DNA of 64,000 nucleotides from an uncultured Candidatus Saccharibacteria bacterium (GCA_964482735.1 CAYZYV010000001.1:16172-80171), one strand, 5' to 3'; numbered from the stretch's first letter, positions 20,044-30,345 are shown. Numbers and translations: made by a program. The notes: generated by a model not told the origin, from the letters alone.

Positions 20044-20244
20044 CTATTTAGCGATATAGGGCAATAGACCCATAAATCTTGCTCTCTTGATAGCTTCTGC
20101 AAGTTTTCTTTGATTCTTTGCAGTTACATCAGTTCTTCTTCTTGAAAGAATACGAGCATTAGGAGTTAAAAATCTTTTTAGAAGTTCAACGTCCTTATAG
20201 TCTATATGCTTTATATTATTTGATGAGAAATAATCTTGTTTCAT
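20044..20244 (-). CDS. rpsR: Ribosomal protein S18.
   Basis: [12 protein letters not shown]...[28 protein letters not shown]. The start was taken at the internal ATG (20244). The ORF track extends to 20280. Confidence 0.8.
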   Translation of the reverse strand: MKQDYFSSNNIKHIDYKDVELLKRFLTPNARILSRRRTDVTAKNQRKLAEAIKRARFMGLLPYIAK

Positions 20245-20308
20245 TTTAGCGACAAGGGAATAGTGAAAAGCGAATAGCAAATCAGTAAACCCTAGTTAAA
20301 TTTAAAAT

Positions 20309-20653
20309 TTATTTTAATTTTTTAATAATAACCGATAACAATTTCTCCACCTCTGTAACTAACGTTAATGATTTTTCAACATTAATTTTTGGATATAGAG
20401 AATTACATAACATTAATTGTGTTTCTAACTCTGCAGATGAACCATACGCAATTATGAGAAATCTTATAAAATCTTTTGTGCCTCTTTTGTGCCCTTCTGC
20501 AATGTTACTAGGGATAGATATTGCACTTCTTTTTAGTTGGGAACTCAAACTATACATTTCTTCTGGCGGTAATTTTCTAGCTACCCAATAAACCTCTTTG
20601 GTTAAATCCATAGCTTTTTGCCAGACTATTAAATCTTTAAAAGAATTAATCAT
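20309..20653 (-). CDS. Four-helix-bundle protein of the TIGR02436 family (the family often encoded within 23S rRNA intervening sequences).
   Basis: DLIVWQKAMDL...QLKRSAISIPSNIAEG...DFIRFLIIAYGSSAELETQL. The real start is probably ATG 20653. The ORF-track N-terminus (GIGKIQKFNSLGVRVR twice) is a translation of the 48-bp tandem repeat. Confidence 0.7.
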   Translation of the reverse strand: MINSFKDLIVWQKAMDLTKEVYWVARKLPPEEMYSLSSQLKRSAISIPSNIAEGHKRGTKDFIRFLIIAYGSSAELETQLMLCNSLYPKINVEKSLTLVTEVEKLLSVIIKKLK

Positions 20654-20672
20654 GATATATTTTATTCTCCAC

Positions 20673-20768
20673 CCCCTTACTCTAACCCCCAGGGAATTGA
20701 ATTTTTGTATTTTCCCTATTCCCCTTACTCTAACCCCCAGGGAATTGAATTTTTGTATTTTCCCTATT
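20673..20768. repeat. Perfect 48-bp tandem duplication (two copies plus partial flanks) in the ssb/4HB intergenic region.
   Basis: ccccttactctaacccccagggaattgaatttttgtattttccctatt occurs at 20673-20720 and 20721-20768. Confidence 0.85.
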
Positions 20769-20791
20769 CCCTTTACACTATTCACTACCCC

Positions 20792-21244
20792 CTAGAAAGG
20801 AATATCTTCAACATTAATTTGTTCATCTGGATATTCTATTGTGTCCAAATTGTCATCAGATTCTTCGGGTGCAGAATTTGTAGAGGTTTCTTGACCTTGA
20901 GGTCTAGAACCACCACCGTTTGTACCAAATTGTACTCTATCTGCTATTATTTCAGTTCGGTATTTTTTGGTTCCAGTAGCTTGATCATCCCAGCTTCTAG
21001 TTTGCATTCTACCTTCTACCATAACCTGACTGCCCTTTTTCATATACTGAGCAACCGTCTCAGCTTGTCGTCCAAAGACCACAATGTTGTGATAATCAGC
21101 CGATTCTTGCTTTGCTCCATTTTTATCTTTCCAAACACGGTTAGTCGCAACTGAAAACGAGCAAACCTTTACCCCTGATGGGATTGCCTTTAACTCTGGA
21201 TCTCTTGTTAGATTTCCAATTATTAATGCTTTGTTAAGATACAT
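20792..21244 (-). CDS. ssb: Single-stranded DNA-binding protein.
   Basis: OB-fold N-terminus, G/Q-rich linker and acidic tail ending DIPF. Confidence 0.9.
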   Translation of the reverse strand: MYLNKALIIGNLTRDPELKAIPSGVKVCSFSVATNRVWKDKNGAKQESADYHNIVVFGRQAETVAQYMKKGSQVMVEGRMQTRSWDDQATGTKKYRTEIIADRVQFGTNGGGSRPQGQETSTNSAPEESDDNLDTIEYPDEQINVEDIPF

Positions 21245-21366
21245 ATAATTAGTTTCTAGTTTAAAGTTTCTAGTTTAAAGTGAAATCTTCACCAAAATAG
21301 ATACTGAAACTATTTATTATAATGATAATTTTCTAGAACACTGAATGTTTCTAGAGACTAACCTAA

Positions 21367-21888
21367 TTATACCACTAGAGCGTCAATTTCCTTATCAATC
21401 TCTTCTTCGTTGACTTCCTCAACTGGTTCAGATGATTCTACTACTTCAGAAACTTCTTTTATTCTTGAAGGAGTTCTTTTTTTGTTATCTTGTTTTGTAT
21501 AAGTTCTCTTAGGAGACATGGTATTCTCTCTAACAGTCTTTATCAAAAGATAACGAACCAACTTCTCGTTTTTATCTAGAAGTTCTTTGATTGTTTTAGC
21601 TTCCAAAGAAGTACATTCAAACTTAATCCATCCGAAATATCCTGTTGTAAATTTTTGCTTCTTGTTAGCAATTGACCTAGTCATTTCGTAAGCCAATTCC
21701 ATTAAACGAGGATACTCATCTGAGATAAAGTTAGCTCCATTACCTGCTAGTAAATCTTTAAGAGCTGTTACTTCTTCACCTAAATTTTCTTCTGCGATAG
21801 TTGGAACCATGTGGAAACCAACTTCGTAGACTCCCTTTCGAGCTATTGATTGTTCTTCAGGGATTACTTCTGCTACTTTTTTAGCCAT
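21367..21888 (-). CDS. rpsF: Ribosomal protein S6 with an acidic C-terminal extension.
   Basis: S6-like core (YEVGFHMVP...GYFGWIKFECTSLEAKTIKEL). It sits upstream of ssb and rpsR, matching the conserved rpsF-ssb-rpsR order. Confidence 0.7.
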   Translation of the reverse strand: MAKKVAEVIPEEQSIARKGVYEVGFHMVPTIAEENLGEEVTALKDLLAGNGANFISDEYPRLMELAYEMTRSIANKKQKFTTGYFGWIKFECTSLEAKTIKELLDKNEKLVRYLLIKTVRENTMSPKRTYTKQDNKKRTPSRIKEVSEVVESSEPVEEVNEEEIDKEIDALVV

Positions 21889-22012
21889 TGTAAAAATATT
21901 ATTTTAAATATTATAAAATCTCGCTCCGGACCTAAGTATCCCGATGTCAGTATCGGGATAAACGAGACTCCATCATATTAACAAAAAATAAGGCTTATGT
22001 CAAAGCCGATTT

Positions 22013-22825
22013 TTATCGAACGCAGCGAACATGATATCCATTGGCATGACTACCATCACCAAAGTTTCCGGTACCCATATACTGGAAGTAAGTATGCGTG
22101 GTGGGTGAAGACGGAACGAGATTAGAAGACCAGTAGTGAAGTGCTGCAAAACCAAACGGTGCCCAAGGGTCAGTATCTTCAGTGGAAGCTTTTGAATACC
22201 AGGCATGAGACAGTGTTCGAAGCTGTTCAATAGATGGAAGACGCCCACCATTTTTGGCACATGCATCTGCTGCAATGTATACACCATTGTTATCTTTCCA
22301 TGCCATAGTGATATCTGTTGAACTATTTGTTCCATCTATGTTTACTCCATGAGTATCCCATTTAACTACCCCATTTTCATCGACAGACCAAGCTTTAAGT
22401 TCACCTGAATCATAGATGAGAGCAGTGGCACCGAAACGTAAGTAGATATCACTATACGGAGTTCCATAGTAACTAAAACACTTAACAGCAACACCTTGGT
22501 CGATTAATGGTTGAGCAATCTTGGCTAGATTACCGGTAGTAATATCACCCGGAGATCCGTCTTCCTTTAAACCAGTACAATCTAAATTATAATATGAAAC
22601 ATTAGAATTAACAAAACTACCTTTTGTAACCTGATTTATCGCAGCTTGATTATATAGTTGTTTTAAAGTTGATTTGATAGTAGCTATCTTCCCCTTCTCT
22701 CTTGCAGAGTTTAATGAAGCAATAACAACAGCAGAAAGTATTCCAATGATAGCAATAACGACAAGTAATTCGATTAGTGTGAATCCTCTGGTTTTTTTGT
22801 CTGATTTTAAGAGTTTCTTTTTCAT
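22013..22825 (-). CDS. Type IV pilin-like protein with a C-terminal DUF1566/Lcl-like domain (paralog 2).
   Basis: [34 protein letters not shown] prepilin N-terminus and the conserved C-terminal block ending VRCVR. Confidence 0.7.
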   Translation of the reverse strand: MKKKLLKSDKKTRGFTLIELLVVIAIIGILSAVVIASLNSAREKGKIATIKSTLKQLYNQAAINQVTKGSFVNSNVSYYNLDCTGLKEDGSPGDITTGNLAKIAQPLIDQGVAVKCFSYYGTPYSDIYLRFGATALIYDSGELKAWSVDENGVVKWDTHGVNIDGTNSSTDITMAWKDNNGVYIAADACAKNGGRLPSIEQLRTLSHAWYSKASTEDTDPWAPFGFAALHYWSSNLVPSSPTTHTYFQYMGTGNFGDGSHANGYHVRCVR

Positions 22826-22831
22826 TTTTTT

Positions 22832-22837
22832 ATTATA
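22832..22837 (-). promoter_or_regulatory. TATAAT box 6 nt upstream of the pilin-2 ATG.
   Basis: Same spacing as in paralogs 1 and 3. Confidence 0.4.
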
Positions 22838-22852
22838 ACATAATTCTTACCT

Positions 22853-22908
22853 GTGGATAACTGTTCGAGGTCTTGCCTGTGCAGGCAAGACCTCGAACAG
22901 TTATCCAC
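22853..22908. repeat. 56-bp perfect palindrome (25-bp arms) between tatD and pilin 2.
   Basis: gtggataactgttcgaggtcttgcc-tgtgca-ggcaagacctcgaacagttatccac. Confidence 0.8.
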
Positions 22909-22913
22909 AATTT

Positions 22914-23777
22914 TTATATATGAAATAGTTTTTTAGCGTTTTTTACTATTTGTGAAGCAACTTCATCAAGTGGTAACCCTTTAATTTCTGCAATTTTTGC
23001 CACGATATCCTTCACATTGATTGGTTCATTTGTTTTACCCCTATTGGGCACTGGAGCAACATAAGGACTGTCAGTATCAGCCATGATCATATCGAGTGGG
23101 ACAGCTTTAATTATTTCTTCCGTGTTTATATTCCTAGGATTTATTTTTTTAGGAGGATAAGTAATAACTCCTGCAAAAGAAATATAAAAACCAAAACCTA
23201 CAAAATCTATTGCATCCTTTAATTCACCAGCAAAAAAATGAACCACTCCTTTAACCTTTGCGTATTTTTTCAAAATATCTAGCGCGTCTTGATATGCACT
23301 AGTTGATAAATCTTCCTCGCTATTTCTCAAGTGAAGCATAAGTGGAATGTTTAACTCATTGGCTAATTCTATCTGTGCGATAAAAGCCTCTTTTTGTTTT
23401 TCTTTGTCCCCATCTTTAAGATGAAAATAATCCAGCCCGCACTCACCTATTGCTACCACTTTCCCAGGTTCAAAAAGTCCTCGATATTTTTCTTTATCAA
23501 AAATTTCTCCATGTGTAGAAAATTCTTTTGAATAAACACCAAGTTCGTCTTGATCAGCAAAAGATGAAGATGTATGTGTAGGATGAAGGCCTATCGTTGA
23601 ATAAATTCCCTCTTTATAATCTTTCGTTACTTGTACAGCTTTTAGAGAAGTATCAAATTGTGTACCAATGTTGATTACCCAAGTATCATTATCCAAAGCA
23701 CGGCGAAGAATCAAATCTCGATTCTCATCAAAAATAGAGAAATTTATATGGGCGTGAATATCTATGTATTTAGGCAT
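22914..23777 (-). CDS. tatD: TatD-family metal-dependent DNase/hydrolase.
   Basis: IDIHAHINF...GLHP...GECGLDY...LHLR...HFF motifs of the TIM-barrel TatD family. Confidence 0.8.
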   Translation of the reverse strand: MPKYIDIHAHINFSIFDENRDLILRRALDNDTWVINIGTQFDTSLKAVQVTKDYKEGIYSTIGLHPTHTSSSFADQDELGVYSKEFSTHGEIFDKEKYRGLFEPGKVVAIGECGLDYFHLKDGDKEKQKEAFIAQIELANELNIPLMLHLRNSEEDLSTSAYQDALDILKKYAKVKGVVHFFAGELKDAIDFVGFGFYISFAGVITYPPKKINPRNINTEEIIKAVPLDMIMADTDSPYVAPVPNRGKTNEPINVKDIVAKIAEIKGLPLDEVASQIVKNAKKLFHI

Positions 23778-23779
23778 TT

Positions 23780-25249
23780 TTATTTTCTCAAAAACAAAGG
23801 TACTTCTGGTTTTTTGTTTTCTTTAATTAGTTCTTGAATTTTCTTTGAAGTTTCTGGCAAGAACGGCTCTATTGCAAGAGCACTTCCATACAAATGGTAT
23901 AACAAATAATGAACATCATTCTTTGCACCTTCTTCATCAACCTTAATCTTTTTAAAAGGTTCTGTTTTTTGTATGTATTCATCCAAGCCTCTTAAATCAA
24001 GCCAAATTTTATTTATGAATTTATTTATATCAAAAGACTCTAAGTCAGGAATTTCTTCTGTGTAATATTTAATGGATAATTCCTCTTCGTTTAATTTAAC
24101 TCCGTAGTTTGTCGCCATAGCCATCACACGACTTGTCAGATTACCCAACCCGTTTGCCAATCCTGAATTATATGCATCTTTAAATCTCTCTATCGTAAAT
24201 GGACTATCTTCAAAACTGCTAATTTCTTTCAACATAAAGAAACGAAGTGCATCTATTCCATATTCTTCTACCACGTCTCTTGGATCATAAGAAGTACCTA
24301 ATGATTTAGACATACGGACCCCACCCTCTCCTGTCACAAATCCATTAACAACTATCTGGTGAGAATTAGAAAGTCCAGCAGCCATAAGCATAGCTTGCCA
24401 CATTGCACTTTGAAAACGAGTGTTGTCTTTCCCGCAATATTGAGTAGGTGTACCATTCTGCCAATATTTTATAAATTTTTCTGATTTCAATAAATCATCG
24501 ATACTGTTCACGTTTTCCTCCGCCAAGGTGGAGACATAGTTTGATAAAGCATCAAACCACACGTACATCACTTGGGTATCGTCATTAGGAACAGATATTC
24601 CCCATGGCATCTTTTCTTTTAGTCGAGAGATAGAAAAATCTTGTAGTCCATTATTAACAAAATTTTTAATTTCATTTAATCTAAACTCGGGTATAACAAA
24701 ACTAGGATTATTTTCATAAAATTTCATGAGTTTATCACCAAAAGCTGAGTATTTGAAAAAATAATTTTCCTCATTTATCTCTTTTAAATCCATGTTTGGG
24801 TGATCCTTACATCGCCCATTTTCTATTTCCGAATCTGTTTTTTCGCTCTCACAACCAACGCAATATTTAGCAGTATAGTTTTTCTTGTAAATATAACCAT
24901 TTTCAAAAACCTTAGTCCAAAAGCTTTGAGCTATTTTGACGTGTTTTTCATCCGTCGTCCTTATAAAATTAATATCCTCTGTAAGACCAAAAATTTTAAT
25001 TTGTTCTTTAAAGATAGCAAAATTTTTATTTAAGAAATCTTGAACGTCTAATCCTTCTTCTTTTGCTTTCTCAAAAATCTTTACTCCATGTTCATCTGTT
25101 CCTGAATTAAAGTAAACATCATATCCAAGTAATTTTTTATATCGAGCAATACTATCCGCTCGTATAAATTCCAAAGCATGCCCCATGTGAAGTGGAGCAT
25201 TTATATATGGTAATGTTGTTGTTAAATAAAATGGTTTTTTGTTATTCAT
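23780..25249 (-). CDS. metG: Methionyl-tRNA synthetase.
   Basis: YINAPLHMGH (HIGH-type), a zinc knuckle and KMSKS (RMSKSLGT). Confidence 0.9.
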   Translation of the reverse strand: MNNKKPFYLTTTLPYINAPLHMGHALEFIRADSIARYKKLLGYDVYFNSGTDEHGVKIFEKAKEEGLDVQDFLNKNFAIFKEQIKIFGLTEDINFIRTTDEKHVKIAQSFWTKVFENGYIYKKNYTAKYCVGCESEKTDSEIENGRCKDHPNMDLKEINEENYFFKYSAFGDKLMKFYENNPSFVIPEFRLNEIKNFVNNGLQDFSISRLKEKMPWGISVPNDDTQVMYVWFDALSNYVSTLAEENVNSIDDLLKSEKFIKYWQNGTPTQYCGKDNTRFQSAMWQAMLMAAGLSNSHQIVVNGFVTGEGGVRMSKSLGTSYDPRDVVEEYGIDALRFFMLKEISSFEDSPFTIERFKDAYNSGLANGLGNLTSRVMAMATNYGVKLNEEELSIKYYTEEIPDLESFDINKFINKIWLDLRGLDEYIQKTEPFKKIKVDEEGAKNDVHYLLYHLYGSALAIEPFLPETSKKIQELIKENKKPEVPLFLRK

Positions 25250-25250
25250 A

Positions 25251-26339
25251 TTAAATATTTTTTTGTTCTATTTTCTTTTTTTCTAAATCATCTAAGAATT
25301 CTAGTAAACATACCGAGACAGGAATAGCGAGAACAACTCCGAGGAATCCAGCTAAAGCATAACCAATAATAATAGATAAAACTACAACCAAAGGTGATAT
25401 ACCGATAACTTTTTTAATAATTAATGGATATATCAAATAGGTTTCAAATTGATGCAAAATAAAGTACAAAGCAAACGATAATATGGCCATAGTGATACCT
25501 CCATCGAGAAATCCAAACAAAACAACAGGAACTACAGCGATAAAGATACCGTAAGGAACTAATTCGAACAATGCTGTTAAGATCGCTAGTACCAAGGAGT
25601 ATTTAACTCCTAAAATTGTAAGTCCGAGATAAGCTAGAACTCCAATAATCAATCCTAGAAGCATTTGTCCTTGCATCCACAACCCGATCTTATGTTCTGT
25701 TCTTTGCCACAAGCTAATTACATATTCTTCTTGTTTACGAGGAGTAACTATTCTCAAGAAGTTCTCTATACCCTTCTCTGTGATAGATAAGTAAAAAGAA
25801 ATTATTAAGATAAAACCAAAGTTAACAACCCCACCAAATGCTCCACCAAAAACATCCATGAATCCTCCGGACATGCTATCTATAAGATTTTTGAAACTTG
25901 ACACCACTTCTCCGATAGATGCATTTTTTGATATGCTTGAAAAAACATTTTTAGCCCCCGTTAAAGTATCTGGCTGAAATGTGTTAAGCACACTACTGTT
26001 CGGTATATATTGGCTTAATGAAGAGACAAGGGCAGACATTTCTCTGATAAATACCGGCATGAAAACTGAAGACAACCCGACAATCAAAGCTATCGCTATA
26101 GCATAAACTACAAAAACAGCAAAAGATCTATTTTTGATATAAGGTTTTAATCTTCTAACGGCTGATTCCACAAAAGAAGCTATGACTATTGCCACTAAAA
26201 TGATTAGAATGATGTTATAAAGCTTATACAAAGCTAAACAAATCAGTAAAAAAATCAAAATTTTAAGGAATGTCTTGTTCGAAATATTTATTTGTGGCGT
26301 ATTTATCTTTTCCTCCATAATAAAACAATAATACCACAT
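25251..26339 (-). CDS. AI-2E family (PerM/UPF0118) membrane transporter.
   Basis: Eight TM segments and the characteristic C-terminal block (ILHQFETYLIYPLIIKKVIGISPLVVVLS...AIPV). Confidence 0.65.
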   Translation of the reverse strand: MWYYCFIMEEKINTPQINISNKTFLKILIFLLICLALYKLYNIILIILVAIVIASFVESAVRRLKPYIKNRSFAVFVVYAIAIALIVGLSSVFMPVFIREMSALVSSLSQYIPNSSVLNTFQPDTLTGAKNVFSSISKNASIGEVVSSFKNLIDSMSGGFMDVFGGAFGGVVNFGFILIISFYLSITEKGIENFLRIVTPRKQEEYVISLWQRTEHKIGLWMQGQMLLGLIIGVLAYLGLTILGVKYSLVLAILTALFELVPYGIFIAVVPVVLFGFLDGGITMAILSFALYFILHQFETYLIYPLIIKKVIGISPLVVVLSIIIGYALAGFLGVVLAIPVSVCLLEFLDDLEKKKIEQKNI

Positions 26340-26373
26340 TTTAATGATAATTTAAATGTAGTATTTATTGGTG

Positions 26374-27714
26374 TTACTGATTCAATTTTTCTTTTATATA
26401 GCTAACAATATCATCTTTTTTAATTCTCTCTTGGAATGCGGTATTTCTGTCTCGGATGGTTACGGTATCATTTTCCAAAGTTTCAAAATCGATAACAATA
26501 CACCAAGGAGTTCCTATTTCATCCTGTCGTCTATATCTCTTACCAATGTTCCCATTGTCATCCCACATTACCCTTCCGAATTCATCTTTTAGGTTTCGAT
26601 AAACCAGTCTAGCATAATCTTTTAATTCGGGTTTATTTTTTAGCAAAGGAGAAACTGCGCATACAACTGGAGCTATCGCTGGTTTAAAAGCAAGATATGG
26701 TCTAGGTTCTTCTCCGTTTAAATCTTCTTTATAAGCACCGAGCAAAATTGCTAGGACAGTTCTATCTACACCCAAAGAAGGTTCAATAACATGTGGTACT
26801 ATTTTCTCATTTGTCTCCTTGCCTGCCATAGCTATACCATCGGTATTGCGGGCAGGTTCGTCTTGGTAAGTAAGTTTATGTCTACTTAAATCAAAGTCTG
26901 TTCTATATGCCAAACCATACAATTCTTTTCTACCAAAAGGAAAATCAAATTCGAAATCTATCGTTCGTTTAGAATAATGGGCTAAGCTGTCTTTTGGAAC
27001 TTCTAATTCGTGAACCTTTGACATATCCAAACCTATCTCCTCCATCCATTCAATCATCTCTGTTCTCCAATACTCAAAATAATTTTCCCAATTATCACCT
27101 TTCAAGAAGTATTCTATCTCCATCTGTTCAAATTCTCGAACTCTGAAAATAAAATCTCGAGGGGTTATTTCATTACGAAATGCCTTACCTATCTGAGCAA
27201 GTCCAAAAGGAAGTTTTGGATGAAAAGAATCAACAACATTCTTGAAGTTCACAAACATACCCTGTGCGGTCTCTGGTCTTAAATAAATAGTTGCAGAAGT
27301 GTCCTCTACGGCCCCTATTTGAGTCTTAAACATCATATTGAAGGCTTTAGGGGTTCCTACAGCACTGCCACATTCATCACATATTCCAGGCTCTTTTAGG
27401 GCATCTTCTCTAAAACGCCTCTTGCATTTAGTACATTCAACCAACGGATCTGTAAAAGTATCTACGTGCCCTGAAGCTTTCCAAACATCTGGATGCATCA
27501 GTATCGCAGCATCTACTCCGTACATGTCTTCTCTCGATTCTACAAATTTTTTCCACCAAGAATTCTTGATATTATTTTTCAAGGCAACCCCCAGTGGTCC
27601 GTAATCCCAAGTTCCAGCTAGCCCACCATAAATTTCTGAACCTTGATAAATAAAACCCCTTCTCTTTGATAGAGAAATAATTGATTCCATAATTTTATTT
27701 TCTTCCTTTTTCAT
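26374..27714 (-). CDS. glyQS: Glycyl-tRNA synthetase, dimeric class II type.
   Basis: RGFIYQGSEIYGGLAGTWDYGPLG motif 1 region and class II motifs 2/3 (FRNE, GLDRT). Confidence 0.9.
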   Translation of the reverse strand: MKKEENKIMESIISLSKRRGFIYQGSEIYGGLAGTWDYGPLGVALKNNIKNSWWKKFVESREDMYGVDAAILMHPDVWKASGHVDTFTDPLVECTKCKRRFREDALKEPGICDECGSAVGTPKAFNMMFKTQIGAVEDTSATIYLRPETAQGMFVNFKNVVDSFHPKLPFGLAQIGKAFRNEITPRDFIFRVREFEQMEIEYFLKGDNWENYFEYWRTEMIEWMEEIGLDMSKVHELEVPKDSLAHYSKRTIDFEFDFPFGRKELYGLAYRTDFDLSRHKLTYQDEPARNTDGIAMAGKETNEKIVPHVIEPSLGVDRTVLAILLGAYKEDLNGEEPRPYLAFKPAIAPVVCAVSPLLKNKPELKDYARLVYRNLKDEFGRVMWDDNGNIGKRYRRQDEIGTPWCIVIDFETLENDTVTIRDRNTAFQERIKKDDIVSYIKEKLNQ

Positions 27715-27734
27715 CTTTGTAATTTTATAATCTT

Positions 27735-29618
27735 CTAATTAGATACCCTACCGTTCCCTTCTCCAGCTGACGCCCCACTGATTGATGAGATGTATAAGTT
27801 ATTCATCGTGCTTCCAACCTGTGCACCAGAGTAGGAATCTGTTCCTGACAATGAGATGTTTTGTATCAAAAGTGGAGAGAGTCCTACTTGTGATATTGAT
27901 GGCTTAAAGTTCACAATAAAAGAAACTTCTCGGTTTGAATCCACCCCTGTTCCTGGTGGAACTGATCCTATCTTCCATGTAATTTCTCTTTTTTCTTTAT
28001 TGTAAGAAATATTTTCTTTTGTACCTGCAACAAATCCTACCCAATCAGTATAAATAGGTAAACTTGCTGTTACAAGAGCCTGACTAACACTGTTAGTAGA
28101 ATTGGATAATGTCCATGTCACCATATAATTAGTACTACCTTCTGCCCTAGGCGGCAAATCTCCAGTCAAATAAGATAATGATGAAGCCACTTGAAAATCA
28201 GTTTTTAATTTTATTTTTTTCTCTGTGAAATTATCTATATTAGAGAAGCTACTTCCGTATAATGGTTGGTTACCCTTTATACTTACGCTTATCACAGCCT
28301 GCGGATTCTTAATTCCAGAAAGTCCGGTTAAGCTCATAGGTGTGAAATCGAAAGAAACTTTCCCTGTTCCACCTGGCTCTATGGACGCAAGCTCTTTTAG
28401 AGTACTCTTATTCCAAATAATCTGCCCATTGAGAGAATCATAATAACCAGAAGTTTCTTTTATATTATTCTTATCAAGAATATTTCCAGTAATTTTTGCC
28501 ACTATTTCTGCATCGTTAATACTAGAAGAAAGATTATTTTTCCAAGTAATATCTACACTGACTTCTTGTCCACCCTTAACTGCATATTCTTCTTGGTCTT
28601 GATTGTTTACCAAAACTTTAATATCAAGAAACGGATTTTCTATAACCATCTTTTGTAAGATAGAACTGTAAACAACCCCCATTTTAGAAGTATCATTATT
28701 ATCTAACGTTCCTGCATAAGCATGGAAAACTTGTTCATCTCCAGTCTGCCCCATCAATTTACCTTTAAGCTCTATTGTTATTGGAGTGGTTTGAGTAATT
28801 GAAGATAAATCCCAAATATAATTATCGTTCATTGGCAACGGCTCAGCTGTTTCAAAAATAAAATTGCTAGGGTGTTTTAGTTGTAACACTAGATGATCAC
28901 TTGGCTGAGTTGTATTTAGGGTTGTAGTGATCTTGATAGAAACTGTTTGATTGGCAATTATACTATTAGGAGCTTCTACTTTTAGAGAAACAGGAGCTAG
29001 ACTAATAGTTACAGGGTAATACTTTTCTTTAGCAAAGGTAGCGTTAGATCCTTCTGGGCGATATTCTAAACTGGCCTTAATGTTCTTTATTGATTTTTCT
29101 GATCCATAAAGTTTTACTCTGATATTTCGAATAACAGTCTCTCCTGATTTTATGGTTCCAATCTCATCTTTATCTAAACGAATTATTTCAGAATCGTCAT
29201 TTGCCCCCTTAGGGTACTCGATCGTTAAAGACGCAGACTCTAAGCTTGCACTATTACGATTAGTTATCTCTATCTCTAAGGGTAAATCCTCACCCCCCTT
29301 AGTAAACGAGCTACCAATTATTTCCAAATCTATTTTATTTCCTGAAACAGTCGAGTCATCTAGGAAAAATTTATAAGCAGAATAACCAACTGCTCCGATG
29401 AAGAATATAATGGACAGTATAAAAAATTTTTTAAAAAAAGAAGTTTTTATTTTTTTATTTTTATTAGGCATTTCTTCTGTTTTTGGTTTATCCCATTCAT
29501 CTTTTACATCATATCTTTGTTCTCTTAAAGCCCCTCTTCTATAACTAGTTGACTCGTCGTAATTGGGATCATATAGTTTTCTTTTTAAATCTTCAATTTT
29601 TCCTTTGTTTTCTGACAT
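27735..29618 (-). CDS. Large single-pass membrane protein with a beta-rich extracytoplasmic repeat region. A surface protein is likely.
   Basis: ~60-aa charged cytoplasmic N-terminus, one TM (FFILSIIFFIGAVGYSAY), then ~550 aa rich in T/S/N/V with repeated strand-like segments. Confidence 0.4.
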   Translation of the reverse strand: MSENKGKIEDLKRKLYDPNYDESTSYRRGALREQRYDVKDEWDKPKTEEMPNKNKKIKTSFFKKFFILSIIFFIGAVGYSAYKFFLDDSTVSGNKIDLEIIGSSFTKGGEDLPLEIEITNRNSASLESASLTIEYPKGANDDSEIIRLDKDEIGTIKSGETVIRNIRVKLYGSEKSIKNIKASLEYRPEGSNATFAKEKYYPVTISLAPVSLKVEAPNSIIANQTVSIKITTTLNTTQPSDHLVLQLKHPSNFIFETAEPLPMNDNYIWDLSSITQTTPITIELKGKLMGQTGDEQVFHAYAGTLDNNDTSKMGVVYSSILQKMVIENPFLDIKVLVNNQDQEEYAVKGGQEVSVDITWKNNLSSSINDAEIVAKITGNILDKNNIKETSGYYDSLNGQIIWNKSTLKELASIEPGGTGKVSFDFTPMSLTGLSGIKNPQAVISVSIKGNQPLYGSSFSNIDNFTEKKIKLKTDFQVASSLSYLTGDLPPRAEGSTNYMVTWTLSNSTNSVSQALVTASLPIYTDWVGFVAGTKENISYNKEKREITWKIGSVPPGTGVDSNREVSFIVNFKPSISQVGLSPLLIQNISLSGTDSYSGAQVGSTMNNLYISSISGASAGEGNGRVSN

Positions 29619-29645
29619 AAAAACATTATATCATAAAAATACTTT

Positions 29646-30230
29646 TTATAATTGGCTCTCCAAAAGAGCTTTATTTATATGGGCTATAATTGACTGCCTT
29701 TCTCTTAGAAGATCATTCGTTTTATCTTTATTAAAGGGAGAACCTAGATACTTTGATAAAAGCGACGAATCCCCAATATAACCAAGCTCATTCATGATTC
29801 TTAGGACAAGGTGAAGTTCTAGTGCTTCTCTCGTGTCATTTTCAACCTCATCATCTAATATATAAATTGACTGAATAAGTTCATCAAAAATTTTTTGATT
29901 TACCGATTCCGCTCCGCAAAATCTGTCTATGAGAGATGAAATGCGAGCAATCAAAAGCAAAGAGTCTTTATTGGCTCTAGCTAGTGGAAAAGTATTTATA
30001 CTTTTTGCAGAGGTCACTCTCCAGATTTCTTTTCCTTTTACAAAATCAACATTAGCATATGAAAAATCTTGGAGTATATATTTTAGCTTCGATTTATTTA
30101 GTCTTATTCCCTGCACCATCGCGCGCACAAGCCCCAATTCCCTAGTAAAAATTGTGACCATTTTATTAGCTTCGCCCACGTTACGCGAAGACAGAATAAA
30201 TCCTTGTGTGTGATAAATATGATGATGCAT
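29646..30230 (-). CDS. recO: DNA repair protein RecO (short form).
   Basis: N-terminal OB-fold pattern (GFILSSRNVGEANKMVTIFTRELGLVRAMVQG) and a helical C-terminal half. The call is moderate. Confidence 0.5.
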   Translation of the reverse strand: MHHHIYHTQGFILSSRNVGEANKMVTIFTRELGLVRAMVQGIRLNKSKLKYILQDFSYANVDFVKGKEIWRVTSAKSINTFPLARANKDSLLLIARISSLIDRFCGAESVNQKIFDELIQSIYILDDEVENDTREALELHLVLRIMNELGYIGDSSLLSKYLGSPFNKDKTNDLLRERQSIIAHINKALLESQL

Positions 30231-30267
30231 ATTGAATACGTTACTTATAAATAATTATTGATATGTA

Positions 30268-30306
30268 GTTATATTTGGCACTTCTTGCCCCGTAGTAAGC
30301 TATTGT
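30268..30306. repeat. Third copy of the gtagtaagc...ttactctgggg hairpin repeat (see 7296-7395).
   Basis: cttgccccgtagtaagctattgttttactctggggtg. Confidence 0.45.
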
Positions 30307-30345
30307 TTTACTCTGGGGTGATAAATATGGTGATACATTACACTT

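Noticed and set aside
19981-20065. Paired small hairpins (tagggcttgc...attgc-tattt-ggcaat / atcgc-tattt-agcgat) as a regulatory array.
   Set aside because: There are only two units, located between convergent gene ends. They are most simply convergent-terminator structures and are noted only as low-interest.
20654-20785. The ORF-track N-terminal extension of the 4HB protein (MNSVKGIGKIQKFNSLGVRVRGIGKIQKFNSLGVRVRG...).
   Set aside because: It is a literal translation of the 48-bp tandem repeat. The conserved family start (MINSFKDLIVWQ) is at 20653.
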